Positions 39,301 through 54,300 of a stretch of DNA of 64,000 nt are shown piece by piece (the stretch's first letter is position 1; the number at the start of each line of letters is the position of its first letter). The notes beneath the pieces are model-generated. The model ran no database searches. It worked only from the letters and a program-made list of their open reading frames with translations, and was not told the origin of the DNA. Position numbers and translations under genes: made by a program. Source of the stretch: Octopus vulgaris (Eukaryota); contig OX597821.1 of the NCBI GenBank assembly GCA_951406725.2, positions 86,924,001-86,988,000 of the forward strand, given 5' to 3'.

Positions 39301-42300
39301 TGTGACACTGCACAGGCACTTTCATGTGGTACCGAACAGGCACTATTACGTGGTACCGAACAGGCACTATTACGTGGTATCGAACAGGCACTATTACGTG
39401 GTACCGAACAGGCACTATTACGTAGTACTGAACAGGCACTATTATGTGGTACCGAACAGGCACTATTATGTGGTACTGAACATGCACTATTACGTGGTAC
39501 CAAACAGGCACTATTACGTGGTACCGAACAGGCACTATTATGTGGTAACGAACAGGCACCATTATGTGGTACCGAACAGGCACCATTATGTGGTACCGAA
39601 CAGGCACTATTATGTGGTACCAAACAGGCACTATTATGTGGTACTGAACAGGCACTATTATGTGGTACCGAACAGGCACTTTTACGTGGTACCGAACAGG
39701 CACTTTTACGTGGTACCGAACAGGCACTATTACGTGGTACCGAACAGGCACTATTATGTGGTACCAAACAGGCACTATTACGTGGTACCGAATAGGCACT
39801 ATTATGTGGTACTGAACAGGCACTATTATGTAGTACCGAACAGGCACTATTATGTGATATCAAGCAGGCACTATTACGTGGTACCGAACAGGCACTATTA
39901 CGTGGTACCGAACAGGCACTATTACGTGGTACCGAACAGGCACTATTACGTGGTACTGAACAGGCACTTTTACGTGGTACCAAACAGGCACTATTATGTG
40001 GTACCGAACAGGCACTTTTACGTGGTACCAAACAGGCACTTTTACGTGGTACCAAACAGGCACTTTTATGTGGTACCAAACAGGCACTATTATGTTTGTT
40101 GTTCAAAGTCACATGGTCAGCATGTTATATTTTTACAAAGAGTGTGCGTTTTCTTCTCATTGGTTTTGAGACCTATGCTGTTGGCTATTTGATTAAGTCA
40201 TTCGGATTTGTCTTGTAATTCTCGAGGCATGTATGAAAACAAACAAATGGCATCTGCATAATCTAAATCTTCTAGTTGAGTTGTATTCCATTTTTGAGTA
40301 AACCTATGATCAAAGATGTTCCAGCTGCGACTTGTTTTTTTTGTACATCTCGAATCCCACACGTCCATCCATTTTCAACACAATTAGATGTGACCTGAGG
40401 CAATTTGCTATTTCTAGAAAGTCAAGCAACTATGAAGAAGTGGTGGTCACTGCTAAGTAGCAGTTATTAGTTCTCTGTCTATGCAGAGGATGGCTTTCAG
40501 ATTCTTCCACTGTGTGTATGCATTTTTACATCTTCCTCAGGACTGAGAAGTCAGTGATACTTTTATGATAATCTCATAGCAGTGTTCTGAGAGAGTGTGG
40601 GTGTGTTTAGGAATAGTTGTACATCTAGAGGCAGGAATTGTCAAGGTTGGTGTTTGCTGCAGAGAAAAACTCTGCATTACACACATGTGAAGATGGTTTT
40701 GTATTTTGAGTACTTTTGTATTTTGAGTACTGAATGTGCAACACAGACTACAACAACATTTCAATCATTGAAATACACTTATTTTTATGTCCTTTAAGAT
40801 TAAAGGTACCCAGGTAACACTGGTATAATACAAGATGGATCTAATGCAGTGGTTCCCAATTTTTTTTTCTCTGAGCTGCATTTTTGGAAAGAAAATTTGC
40901 TTGCACCTCACCAAAGGTAGAGAGGTAGAGAGTGGGGGACTAAAGGGAGATAACTGCAGATATGAAGTCAGAACTTTATTATTGATAACTGCCTCTTCCC
41001 ATTTATAGAACCTAGTTACTATATTCTTAATTCTTGATATAATGCAAAAATATCACAATGATAAAATTGATTGATGATTATTTATAACTATTTTTACTGG
41101 GACTCATGCATGCAGTTACAAGTAATTCGTAATACTATCTAAAATCTTGAAATCATATTTAATTTTGTTTGTTCCTTCTCGAGCCACGCCTGGCTCATAG
41201 GGCCATTTTCCCGGTTTCCTTGGCATATAGGTTCCCCACCTGGACAAGACACCGGTCCATCACAGGTGAGCTGCAAGATGCAGGAGGAAAGAGAGAGAGA
41301 AAGTTGTGGTGAAAGAGTCAGCAGAAGTTCATCATTACCTTCTGCTGGAGCCGCATGGAGCTTAAGTGTTTCACTCATAAACACACACATCGCCTGGTCT
41401 GAGGTTTGAACCCATGATGCCTCGACCGCGAGTCCGCTGCTCTAACCACTAGGCCATGTGCCCCCACCATATTTAATTTTAGCATATGAATTTTTTGAAA
41501 CTGTATCTAAATGTTTGATTGTCTTTCAATCATTCTGCCTCACCTGCTTTCCTCATTCTCGCACCTTTGAGGCACGCTGCACCTTTTGGGAACCACTGAC
41601 CTAACACATAGTTTGTACCGCTGTGAATGAATCCTGTAGGTAATTCCTAGTATTTTCCCCTTTTCCGAATGCGATAAGTTCACATTGCCTTTTGCTATTT
41701 TTGCTTTTTTTTTTTATTACTGATAAGAAAGGAGATGACGGACAGAGGGACAACTCGTAGGCTGCGGGGTCATTCCGAAAAGCTCTACCTGCGACGATTT
41801 CATCTCAATCGAAGGAGAGGAGCTTTCTTCGTCCGGGTTGCAGATCCGTGGAACAAGCTGCCAGACGATATGGTGAAGATGCCGACGACCGCTTTGTTCA
41901 AAGTCTCCCTTGACCTCAAGCGGCCCGAACTCTTTACATGAACACCAGCCTGTACTTAACTCCACGTCCCCCTACATGGCCTTGCTTTTTGCTTTTTGAG
42001 CCAAAAAATTAACTAACTAACTAACTCCAATGGGCAATGAACTGTCGACTTTTCCAGTCAGTAGTCCAATAACTTATCAACCAGGCCAGTTGCAACTATT
42101 CTACTTCCTTTTACACTAAAAATAAGAAACTAAAGATAGAACCATAATCCTGATTATTAAAGATCTCTCTCCGCACATTCACACGATAAATAAAGAATGA
42201 GAAATTATTTCCAAATTAGACAGATGGAAAATGACAGTTCTCTAAATATGGTAAGACTTAATGATGTTTACATCTAATGGGAAGAAAATCTGTATAATCA

Positions 42301-45300
42301 GTTTTCACAATTGTGTGTATGTATGTGTGTTTGGAGCTGGTGTGTGTGAGTAAACAAACACACACACATATTATATATATATATATATATATCTCCATAC
42401 ATACATATTCACACACATTATCTTTTACTTGTTTCAGTCATTAGACCGCTGCCATGCTGGAGCACAGCCTTGAAGAATTTTTTTGTTGTTGAATGCATTG
42501 AGCTCAGTACCTTTTTTGTTTTTAAATCTGGTACTTATTATATTAGTCTCTTTTGCTGAACTGCTAGGTTATGGAGTAGTAAACACACCAACACCAGTTG
42601 CCAAGCAGTGGTGGGCGACAAATACAGACACAAAGACACACACGCACATATATATATATGCATATGTGTGTGAAGGCGCATGGCCAAGTAGTTAGGGCGT
42701 TGCACTCATGATTGGTAGATCGTAGGCTCAATTCCCAAACAGAGCAGAGCATTGTATTCTTGAGTAAAATATTTCATGTTGCCCCCATCCATTCAACTGT
42801 AAATAAGTAACCCTGCAATGGACAAGGCTTCTGATCGGTGCCTGTTCGGTACCACATAAAAGTGCCTGCTCGGTACCACATAATAGTGCCTGTTTGGTAC
42901 CACATAATAGTGCCTGTTTGGTACCACGTAATAGTGCCTGTTTGGTACCACATAACAGTGCCTGTTTGGTACCACATAAAAGTGCCTGTTCGGTACCATA
43001 TAATAGTGCCTGTTTGGTACCACATAATAGTGCCTGTTTGGTACCACATAATAGTGCCTGTTCGGTACCACATAAAAGTGCCTGTTCGGTATCACATAAA
43101 AGTGCCTGTTCGGTACCACATAAAAGTGCCTGTTTGGTACCACATAAAATTGCCTGTTTGGTACCACATAAAAGCACCAATGTAGTGCCGTGTAAAAGCA
43201 CCCAGCACATACTGTAAAGTGATTAGTGCTAGGAAGGGCATCCAGTCATAGAAATCATGTCAAATCAAACTGGAGTCGGAACAGCTCCCTAGCTTGCCAG
43301 CTCTGGTCAAACTGTCCAGCCTATGGACAACACACATTTGATGATGATGATGATGATGACTGATACATACATACATACATACACACACAAACAAACAAAC
43401 CCTAGTTACTAACCATGAACTATAAAAAAACATTTTTCAGCTTATCAAACTTCAATACGGGAAAAGTTGTTTTTTTATACCTACCACAGAATGATTGAAG
43501 CTTACTAACATCCTACATTTAGATGCTTGGATCATTCATTATTTCATATACATACATACATACACAGTGCAATCTGTGAGTGGAACAGTAAAAATATGCA
43601 AGACTTTTCTCAAGTTCCAAATGTGAATTTGTCCATGTTAACTACATCCCAAAGAAGGAACCTTGTATCTTTGTTGGAAACTGGCTCCCTCCTCAGTGGA
43701 AGATTTATAATAATTAAAAAAATAGAAGAGACACATACATATATCCAGACTATGAATTCATATTCACACCAATAATAATTGGAGCACTAGGTTTTGTTAG
43801 TAAATGCTTCAAGAAGAATCTGGATAAGATGGGATTTTCAGAAAGAGAAATCGACCGGCTAATTCGTACATTATTATAAGTGTAATCTGTGAGTGGAATA
43901 GTAAAAATATGTAAGATTTTTCTCAAGTTCCAAATGTGAATTTGTCTGTGTTAACTACATCCCAAAGATGGAACCTTGTATCTTTGTTGGAAACTGGCTC
44001 CCTCCTCAGTGGAAGATTTATAATAATTAAAAAAATAGAAGAGACACATACATACATACATACATATCAGATGATTCAGGACCTCAAGTAACTAGAAAGT
44101 CTATAGGATCAGAAGTAGCCATCTCAGGCTAGTATGGAAAAGCAGTTGTAAAATATGAAAGATGATGACGAAGATGATAATACCATGTTCAGTTATAAAT
44201 TAAATGCAAATATCTTGTAATCCTTAGAATGTCACTGAGTCATTATACTAACTTCTAAAACATGTCTGGAGTAGATTAATTCACAACTGCCCATTCCTCT
44301 ACTGGTGGAAAAAACAGCCAGCAATTACAGGTTCAAAGACTAAGTAATTGAAATGACTTAATAGGAAATCAAATTTACATTGTAGACTTAACCTGCCACT
44401 TAATTAACCAACAGTTAATGAGGACCACACTCACACATGCAGAACATTTTTTGTTTTATTTTCAATGGAATCTACTTGTGTTTTTTGTGTGTCTGGTTTT
44501 TCTCTGTCACCTCAAATCTTATGGTCAAAGGTGTTCCAGCTGTAACCATTCCTTTTCTTTTTCAGATTTAATATATATCTGAAATCGTATCATTTTGTTT
44601 CCTTCCTTTTAAGAAAGTAAGAGTGTAAATCATATGAGCTTTGACTGCTATTTCTACTAGTTCAAACGGTGACATAGAAGGTTCCTCATTACCTAGTTTA
44701 TGTTGACGGAATTAATATTACAATAGCTTCTATATTCACAAAGCTTCCATACTAAGGGGCAGTGTGTATGTGTGTGTGTGGGGGCAATTTTGATACAGTC
44801 CCACAAAATGAGGATAGGTGATGTATGTATAAGTACAAATCATGTAATTATCACCAGATAATGCTGTATTTTACTGGCGGCTGCAAATAACCCAGTTTTT
44901 AAGGCATTCAAAGTTGTAATGTAATACTTTGTAATGTAAATACTATAACAAATGTAATATCTTGTGCATCGTGTTAATATGTTTGAAACAAAAGTAACAC
45001 GAGCACTGTTGCATGCCAAAATACACTTTACATTTTGAAAATCTGTGAATAGTTTATAGTTTTGTCATATTAGAAAGAAGGGGCTGGAGGAGTTAGATAT
45101 TTCACTAGGGTCTCATGTACTAAGAAGTTAAATGCTTTCTTAATGTCCACTTTTCCACACTTGCATGGGTCAGATGGAATTTGTTGAGGCAAATTTTCTA
45201 CAGCTGGATGCTTTTCCTGTTGCTAAGCCTCAACTGTTTCCAAGCATGGTAATATTTTCTCCTAGCTAGACATGGATTTCAAAGAAGACTGGATGGAGAC

Positions 45301-48300
45301 ACAATCTCACTTGAATGATGACAATGACGCTCCTTTTACAATCATCATGTGATATCTGTACAAGGAAACATATTCGCATATGAGGAGCTTCTTTCAGTTT
45401 CCATCTACCAAATTCACTCACAAGACACTTCTCCAAAATACTGTGCTGTGCAGTGGGACTGACTCAAAGACTACATGGTTGGAAAGCAAGCTTTTTAACC
45501 ATGCCTGCACCTAAGCCGTTCTTGAAATAGAAAAGCTCTTTATTTCTATGTGAAGATTTGAGTTCAGTAACTGGAACCAACCACTGCTTAAAGAGCTGAA
45601 CTTCCTCCTATTCCCTACAGTGGATTTTCTGTTACCCACCCTATCAACAGACATTCTCAAAAAATAAGACATTATCTATCATATCATGAATATGTCTGAA
45701 TTTCATACATTTACTCAATTAGGAAAAAAAAAACAACACATACATAGAAGTTTATTCTGACACAGGCTAATTTACACATTTACACACACACAGAGGTTAA
45801 TTCAGATAGTCATACGGGCTAATTTAGACATACACACTCATTGAAGAATCCAAGCAATTGCACTCAAAACCAAGATGAATGGCAATGTTCTTGCTGTCCG
45901 ATATACAAGCCAACTGTACGGGAGGATCTAATTAAGACTAAGAGACACACTCAGGTTGATTCAGATACACATACATACATCAATATACACACATATGCTA
46001 GCAAAAATCCATTTATACATACATAAATGTATAAAAAATACAGTGCCATAGAAAATAACAAATGGATGGAAGAGGAGTGATTAAAAGTAGTTAATACCAG
46101 CTGTACTCACCTTTCACGTGCAACGATATTTGAGAGTTTTGAGTGACACTGTATATTCCACCCATCTACTTGTGCAAAGAAATTGCATTGGTTGATGGTG
46201 AACCTACCATAGTTGGCACGGGTTATTCTGATGATGCCATTGTCTCCGCAGTCCAGCGTTAAGTTGTTTTTCTCACATACAAAGGCTACCATTTCCTCTG
46301 TTTGCATCCGTTCAGCTGCAGTGGAGAAATGGATATGATATAAATGTATATATATAATATATGTGTATATGTGTTAATATGTGAAAATAGCATTAATGGA
46401 ATGAAGGGTATGAAAGCTGGACATTTGGATGATATGAGAGGTTACAACAGGTAGAGAAAAATTCAGAAGATGGTGGACAAAATGTAACCCCATCACGCCC
46501 CCCCCCCAAAAAACCTTCAGAGATGTGAATTGTACACTGAAAAAAAAGGAAAAAGAATTAGACTGACATCTTGGGTGAATTTTCTTATCAAACTAGAGTA
46601 AGAAAGAAATAAGGAGGTAAAAAGAAACAATACATGCTTAAGGCTTGTGTGTGAGTATATGCATGTATGTATGTATGCCCAGAGAGAGAAAGAGTGAGGG
46701 CAATAGACAGGGAGAACAATAAATTGATAGGCGAGCAGGTGAGACAAATGGATTGATAGAAAACAAAATAGAAAGGCAAACAAAGGTGCCATCATTTCAA
46801 CATTTAAGCTTACCTTACTAACATGGGCTGGATAGGTTAACACTATTACATATTTACATTTGTCTTGAACTAATATCTTATTGTGAGGACCAACATTGTT
46901 CAGTTTCAGTTCCATCCCAGTAGTCATTATCCTTTTGTATCATAAGTCTGTTGCAACAAGATGTTTCCCTCCACACAATAATTCTGCACAACAAAACCCT
47001 TTGTTGTTGTTGTTGTTCATCTGAAGGTCAACCCCCCTGGCACCTGTGCAGGTGGCACGTAAAAAGCACCCACTACACTCGCGGAGTGGTTGGCGTTAGG
47101 AAGGACATCCAGCTGTAGAAACACTGCCAGATCAGACTGGAGCCTGGTGCAGCCCCTGGCTTCCCAGAACCCGGTCGAACCGTCCAACCCGTGCTAGCGC
47201 GGATAACGGACGTTAAACGATGATGATGATGATTGAAGGACAATGATGCTGCAGTCATGACCATGGCATCATTTTTCAGACAGTGTATCTAAAATTACAT
47301 CATCCGGTGTGTTCTATTCTAAAGACATAATTTAGGGAAAATCTTTTCCACACCTTGTGTTACTTCAGCAGCAATACTCTTGTTATAGTTGTCCAGGCAA
47401 CAGAACTTATCAACAAAATTTTATGCAAACCATCTGAGCAGTCCATGGATCTTTGGTTTCCTTTCCCAGGTGGGAACACTTCTCATTTATGGAATAATAA
47501 TAATAATAATAATAATACAATAATAATAATAATAATAAAAACATTGTGTACAGTGCTCAGGTGCACTACAACTCATCTAAAGTGTATATATAATCAGATG
47601 TAGTTTCGGCGGATTTCGGAAAGCATGAGGGCCTTAAAGGATGCAGTGTCATGCAGTCAACAACTGACGCAGGCAGTTTGTTCCATGCTTCAGCAACTCT
47701 GAGCGGAAAAAAATGTTTCCGAAAGTCATGGGAGCTGTGTTGTTTTCTGACTTTATAGAGGCTTTTCTGTCCACAATGTCAGGAAGAAGACACAGTTTTT
47801 CTTGTTAGTTGACTCAGTTCTAGATCTGTGGTATGTCTTTAGAAAGGCTCTACATTGACACAGTTTGAACTACAACCTGTGAAATATTCAGTTTTACCAC
47901 TGGTATTTGAGGTATCATCTCTCCATCCTTTTTCTTAATCTAATCAATCTTAGCAAGGGAAATGCTAAACCAGTAAAGATATGAACTGCAAAATTGTAGG
48001 CTCTAAACACGCAACCAAACTGATAATTTAGAGAAATAGAGAGGAAGAGCAAAGTGGACGAACAGTGAATAATAATATTAATTTTTTATAAGGTAGGAAG
48101 TTTTATATTGAAAAGTGTGAGAAAAATGACATTTTCATGCTTCACTCAAGAACTTTACTACCTTGTCTTGGAAAAACTACTATGGTGTACATGTGAGAAA
48201 AGTTATATACACATGTATGCATTGTTAAGGTGTATGTGTGAGCGAGGCATACAAACATGTATAAACATGTATAAAAAGAACAAGTACAAGAATCCCCATC

Positions 48301-51300
48301 ATTACAGAAACTATTTATGAAATTCTCTTCTTACGGATATTATAAAGAAACTGTAAACTAATAATTCTGAGATACAGTCTGTAATTCTACCTTCAGAGAA
48401 ACTTGGGTAAAATTTAACAATTTTAAAAGCTAATATTTCTTTATTACCCATAAGGGTTTACACTGATGGGGACAATACAATGATTTGGGGTTATGTGGAT
48501 GAAATGGAATTATTTACAGTGAAATCGAATGAATTATTTACAATAAAATCGAATGAGTTACAAGAACAAACAAACAAAAAGGGACATATGAAGTCAAAAG
48601 AACAGGATAGCCGACCCCACGAGCCCTGTTATTTTAACTGAAACCTTTTGGTAAGGGATCACGGCGTGTTCATACAAGATCTTTTACACCTAGCATCCGT
48701 GCAACACGCATCCATCTTTTTTTGAATACAGATTCTGACAGACACAATTTCTCTAGCCCCACCTTCCTTTTCAGGTGGAACTTGAAAAAGTTCGTTAGGG
48801 CGGTGCCAGAGAGCATGGTGTCTGACATTATACCTTAAAGCTAAAACACAACACATACTTTGACCAAACCATGGTAGCATTTAAACGACCCCTCTTCCGT
48901 CCCACTTTGTTGGTGCATGTACCCATTCAACTAACTTTGTTTTTCGTTGCTCACAATTACAACATACCTGCTAATACCTACATGCTTCCTGATTGGCACC
49001 CCTTGCCTTGCTTGTGTGCGGACCAATTCAACTGTTCTGGGTATTGCTATTAACCTTTGTTCCCCACTGTCTTTATTTCAGCCTTCATACTTTACACACA
49101 CACACACACACAAAACTTAGTCAAATAATACTTCCTTGCACTTCACCCCTGCACCCTTTCCTTCTCTTGTATTTTCTATATCCCATGTAATAAGACAACT
49201 TTTTGCCAACACAAAACATGACTAAAGACCTCAAATTCTACTCTTTTACTGTTGAGCGTTGATTTCTCTTCTGTCACTGTTGGATTTAACAGAAAGTAGA
49301 GTAGACTATATTTATTGATGTTGACTAGAAAAAGACCATCAAGTGGAAAAAAAAGTAGATATGCAAAAAGAAGGAGTTACTCAATATTAAAGGGGAAAGT
49401 TTACGAAAATAAAAGACAAAGGCAGGTGGAGTACAAACAAACAAATGTATTAGTATAGCGCTCAGGAATCGAAAAAGTCTTTTACGTTTCAAGCCTACGC
49501 TCTTCAACAGAAAGATACACAGAGAAAAACAAGGAGAGAAAAAAAATGCATGTAGGAGCTAAACTTGATGTTTATTTACAAAGCTTTGATGCAGGGAAAC
49601 AACACAGCCATATTGAAAAATATTAAAGTTTGCAACATTTACAGTGGAGGCAATATGTGACAGTAAAAAGAAAATCAGATCAAATGCTCCCTCAGAGTTC
49701 ATAGTCTTGTGAGCTACATGGTGACCTTAATAGTGTTGCTGGCATTAAAAAAAACACCCTGTACATGTTAGGAAGAGCATCCAACCTAAGAAACCATACT
49801 AATGTAGACACTGGGGCATGATGTAGATCTTGGATCCATTGCATCCTGTCAAACTCTACAACCCATGTCAGCATAAAACATGGATATTAAATGATGATGA
49901 TGTTCAATAAAACTAGTTTGTTGAATATTTGACTTTATAGATCTGTGGTGATACTTAAAATGTTTCCTCTCTGAGTGTGTTATTATTGCTGAAAAAGTTA
50001 TACACATAAACAAAAAGACGAAACTGAGATTTTCTGGATGTGCTTGCCAAGTAGGGCTTTCGTTTCTAGTAAAGTAAAACCATCATATGCTGGTCATATG
50101 CAATTAAAGCCCCTACTTACATATCAATCCCAAAATCTTGGGGCTTCTGAAGGTTATGCTAATAATATGAACATTCATATAGGAAAGCCTTTTCCAACTA
50201 CTTTACAACTTTTTCCCTGCTGCCAAGAGAAAGTTTGCCAGGCATAACAATTTCCAACTATGTATTGCTCCTATTAGGCAATGCACCATGCTACTTAGTA
50301 AACAGGTTATTTGCTCCAAGGCGAGCTGGCAGAAACGTTAGCACACCGGGCGAAATGCTTAGCGGTATTTCGTCTGCGTTACGTTGTGAGTTCAAATTCC
50401 GCTGAGGTCGACTTTGCCTTTCATCCTTTCGGGGTCGATAAATTAAGTACCAGTTACGCACTGGGGTCGATGTAATCGACTTAATACCTATGTCTGTCCT
50501 TGTTTGTCCCCTCTGTGTTTAGCCCCTTGTGGGTAATAAAGAAATAGTTTATTTGCTCCAACCAGTGGATAAAGGTAGTGACAGCTAACTTCAAAGCATA
50601 TCTGTTAAAACAACCCATAAATGCAGTGCAATAGATAACAAAGCTGAACTGTGGGATGAAGTGAAATCCTCAACAACAAATGATTCTTTGGCAAAATGTA
50701 TATGATCTGACTTTATCTACAGATTTTCCAAAAGCAGAAAATCTACAAGTAAAGTTCAGCAAGATATTGTCACCCTGGCAAATGATATAAAGTTTGAAGA
50801 AGTCTTAGAAGATTATTTATTTAAGATGCTAGGTTCCTACAGAGCAGTGCTCCATGTCTGGTATGCCACAAAATGATGCTTGGTGTGCTGCAGTGTAACC
50901 TGAATATAACTTTTTTTCTCTATACTATAACTTATATTTTTAGTTCAGGTGTGCTGCCGAATTTTGAAAAGAATATAAGTGTACCACAAGTGAAAAAAGG
51001 CTGTGGAGCAGTGTTATAAAGAGAGTTTATCTCATGAGGACCTGATGATTTTAACACAAGCGCAAGCTGCAGGTTAAGGAGGTGCTATAGACACTGTCCT
51101 GTTCTGTTTACTTCAGTTGACAACTTACATTGAAATCACATTCACTTAAAAATATTTCTAAATGATTAAAATATTGTTAAACAAAAGCGAAAATAGAAAC
51201 ATTTTTCATTGTCAAGTCACTGTATAATCGAAAGGTAAGAGTTACTTCCCTTTCAGGGTCAAGTTAATTTCGGAGACTTTTCCCATTGTGTACCGTTTTG

Positions 51301-54300
51301 GGTATTCATACCCTGGAAACCTTTAATATCTTCACAACTACTTATCCGATTTACGCAAAATTCGTTTCATTCCGCTCATATTTATATTTCAGGGGAGACT
51401 TTATCCAAAGTATTTTCCCATTATGCGCCAGTTTGCTTGAGTTACATTGCAAGCAAGCAAGCAAGATTCAATCTGACTTTTAATGTATTATAGATATAAG
51501 TATGTGTGTGTGTGTGTGTGTCCCACCACCATTTGATAACTGGTGCTGGTGTATTAACGTCCCTGTAACTTAGTAGGTCAGTAAAAGAAACTGATCGAAG
51601 TAGTTCTAGGCTTAAATATAGGTAATGGGGTCAATTCGTTTTAGTTGCCATAGTGGTCTGTGTGCCTCAATGACCATAAGTGATCACATAGGGGTTCTCT
51701 TGTTGGTGCAGATGGTAGTGATATTGCTTGTAGTCATAATGAATAGCAATGATAATAGTATTGCCCATGGTGAAAGCTGTGATGATAATACTGTAGTGAC
51801 AGAATTTGAAGTAAAGAGGCAAGTGTCAGAGCTATTTGTAATAGAGGTTGTGGTTAGGATTCTGGTGATGGTGGTTATGGCCGACGCAGGATGGTGATGA
51901 TTGTGACTGTGATGGCAGGAATGTGATAATAATGAAGGAATTGATGCTGTTGGCTGTGGTTCATAGTTATGATTGGTGGTGGTGGTAGCAGCGGTAATGT
52001 TTTCAAGGTAGAAATTACACGGTGGTCAGCAGAGGCTGTGATGAAGAAGATGAACGAATGCTGTTGGTTATGGTTGAAGTTGTTGTGATGGTGATTCTGG
52101 TCGAGGTTGTTGTGGAGAGTGGTGGTAGCTGTGGTCGATGATGAAATGGTGGTGGTGGTGGTGGTGGTGAAAGGGAGTGTAAAGATGTAGCGGCAGCGAT
52201 GGTGATTATGCTGATGTTGGCAGGTAGTTGAATTTTAATGAAGTTTCCTCACTAGAACAATCAAAAGCAATACACCGTCACCTCGTTTTCGTCTCTCTCT
52301 CTCTCTCTTTACCTTCCTGTCTCGTTCCCTCTCTCTTTCCTCACTCCTCTGCCTAACACATTTCTTTCATTTTCTTTCTTTCACTCTCCACCTTCTCCCC
52401 TCCCCTCCCCCTCCCATTAACTCACTCTACTATTTCACCACCTTGCACCTCAGCATCCCATTAGAGCCTCATGGCAAAGCCCTCGTTAACAAATCTAATT
52501 AGCCACAGCAAGTAATTAATAAGTGGAGAGGCATACTGAATTTCCTATGCCTCCCCTCCACTGAACCACACCCTCTATTCAACCCCAATTCTGCCCTGCC
52601 ACTACTCTTCCCCCACTTACTCTCCTACCAAACCCCCAGATCAAATCAGTTGCTTTCTGTTAATAATTACGGCGTGTTCGGGAATGCTCAATAGGGAAGT
52701 TTGCTTTCAATATTTTTCATATTGAATTTTGAAAGAGAGAAGTTACTTGTTTCTTTAATTGTTTTCCTCGTCTATTTTTGTTTTCATTTTGTCAAGATGT
52801 TTTAATAACGATGATGATAATTATAATAATAATAATAATAATCATTGCTGCTGCCAGCACAAACCTTTCTTCACATTTACTACTTATCATTCACTGGAGC
52901 AATTGGGCAAAATGGCTTTCGGTATTTATTCCATCTCTTTACATTCTAAAGTTCAAATCCCATTGGGACTGACTTCGCCTTTCATCCTTCTGGGGTTGAT
53001 AAAGTACCAGCAAAGCAGAGGGGTCAATATAATCAACTTACCCCTCTACGACCCAAATATCCAGTTATGTACATATTCTTTTATTCAATTCTTTTACTTG
53101 TTTCAGTTATTTGACTGTGGCCATGCTGGAGTATCGCATTTAGCTGAACAAATCGACCCCAGGACTTATTCTTTGCAAGCCTAGTACGTATTCTATCGGT
53201 CTCTTTTTGCTGAACTGCTAATTTACAGGGACGTAAACATACCAGCATCGGTTGTCAAGTGATGGTGGGGGGACAAACACAGACACACAAACATATACAC
53301 ATACATATATATATACATACACACGATGGGCTTCTTTCAGTTTCCGTCTACTTAATCCATTCACAAGGCTTTGGTTGGCCTGAGGCTATAGAACACACTT
53401 GCCCAAGGTGCCATGCAGTGGGACTGAACCTGGAACCATGTGGTTGGGAAGCAAGCTTCTTACCACAAAGCCATGCCTAGAAATTATTATTTGTATTGAC
53501 TTTGCTTTCATCTTTTTTGGTGTGTGTGTGGGTGGAGTGGGGCGATGAAATAAGTACCAGTTATGTACTGGGGTCGATGTATTCAACTTATCCCCTCCCT
53601 CAAAATGTCAGTCTTTGTGCCTATAGTAGAAAGGATTATCATCATGTTGAGATTGACTTTACTTAATGGTTAATCCAGCGCTGGGAGGAGATTAGTCAAA
53701 AGGATGACAGGCAAAATAAGCAAATGCTTAGGGCATCAAAGAAAGGGTGGGTACCACAGAAATTGTAAATGGTCTACAGCACAAAAGAAATCACTTCAAG
53801 CTTGCAATTCAAAATGGTTTATAGCATCGGAAATATAATTTTGAAGTGTTCATGGTATCATAGGAAGGTTCTGGTCGAAGATTTTGCAATTACAAAAAAA
53901 TTAGAAAACTTTTCAATATATAAATTAAGTGAAGGTGTATAAAAATAAACATTTTCTATCTTACTGTTAGGTTTGTTTCATTTTGAAAAACAAATAATTT
54001 ACTTTATGGTTTGTTATTTTTTATATTTTGTATTACATATATATGGGAGCACCAAAATCTTTTAACTGCTTAGGGCCGCTAATGGATCTTAATCTGGCCC
54101 TGCCTCCTCTCAATAAAATTTCAGGCATTGTGTCTATAGTAGAAAGGAATATTATTGTTTGACAGTTAGCTGGCAGGTGCATTAGACAAAATAGTGAGCA
54201 GGCCTTTTTTCTGGCTCCTTATGGTCGGAATACAAATAGCTCTACAGGTCAACTTTGCTTTCATCCTTTTGGGGTTGATAAAATAAGGTATCAGTCAAGT

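Noticed and set aside
39232-40192. Long repetitive ORFs and a CRISPR-like appearance
   Set aside because: Contiguous 24-bp tandem units with no unique spacers and no cas genes. The ORFs result from a stop-poor unit whose length is a multiple of 3.
51690-52225. Low-complexity Thr/His-rich minus-strand stretch as a mucin exon
   Set aside because: Degenerate trinucleotide repeats with no long ORF or convincing splice sites.
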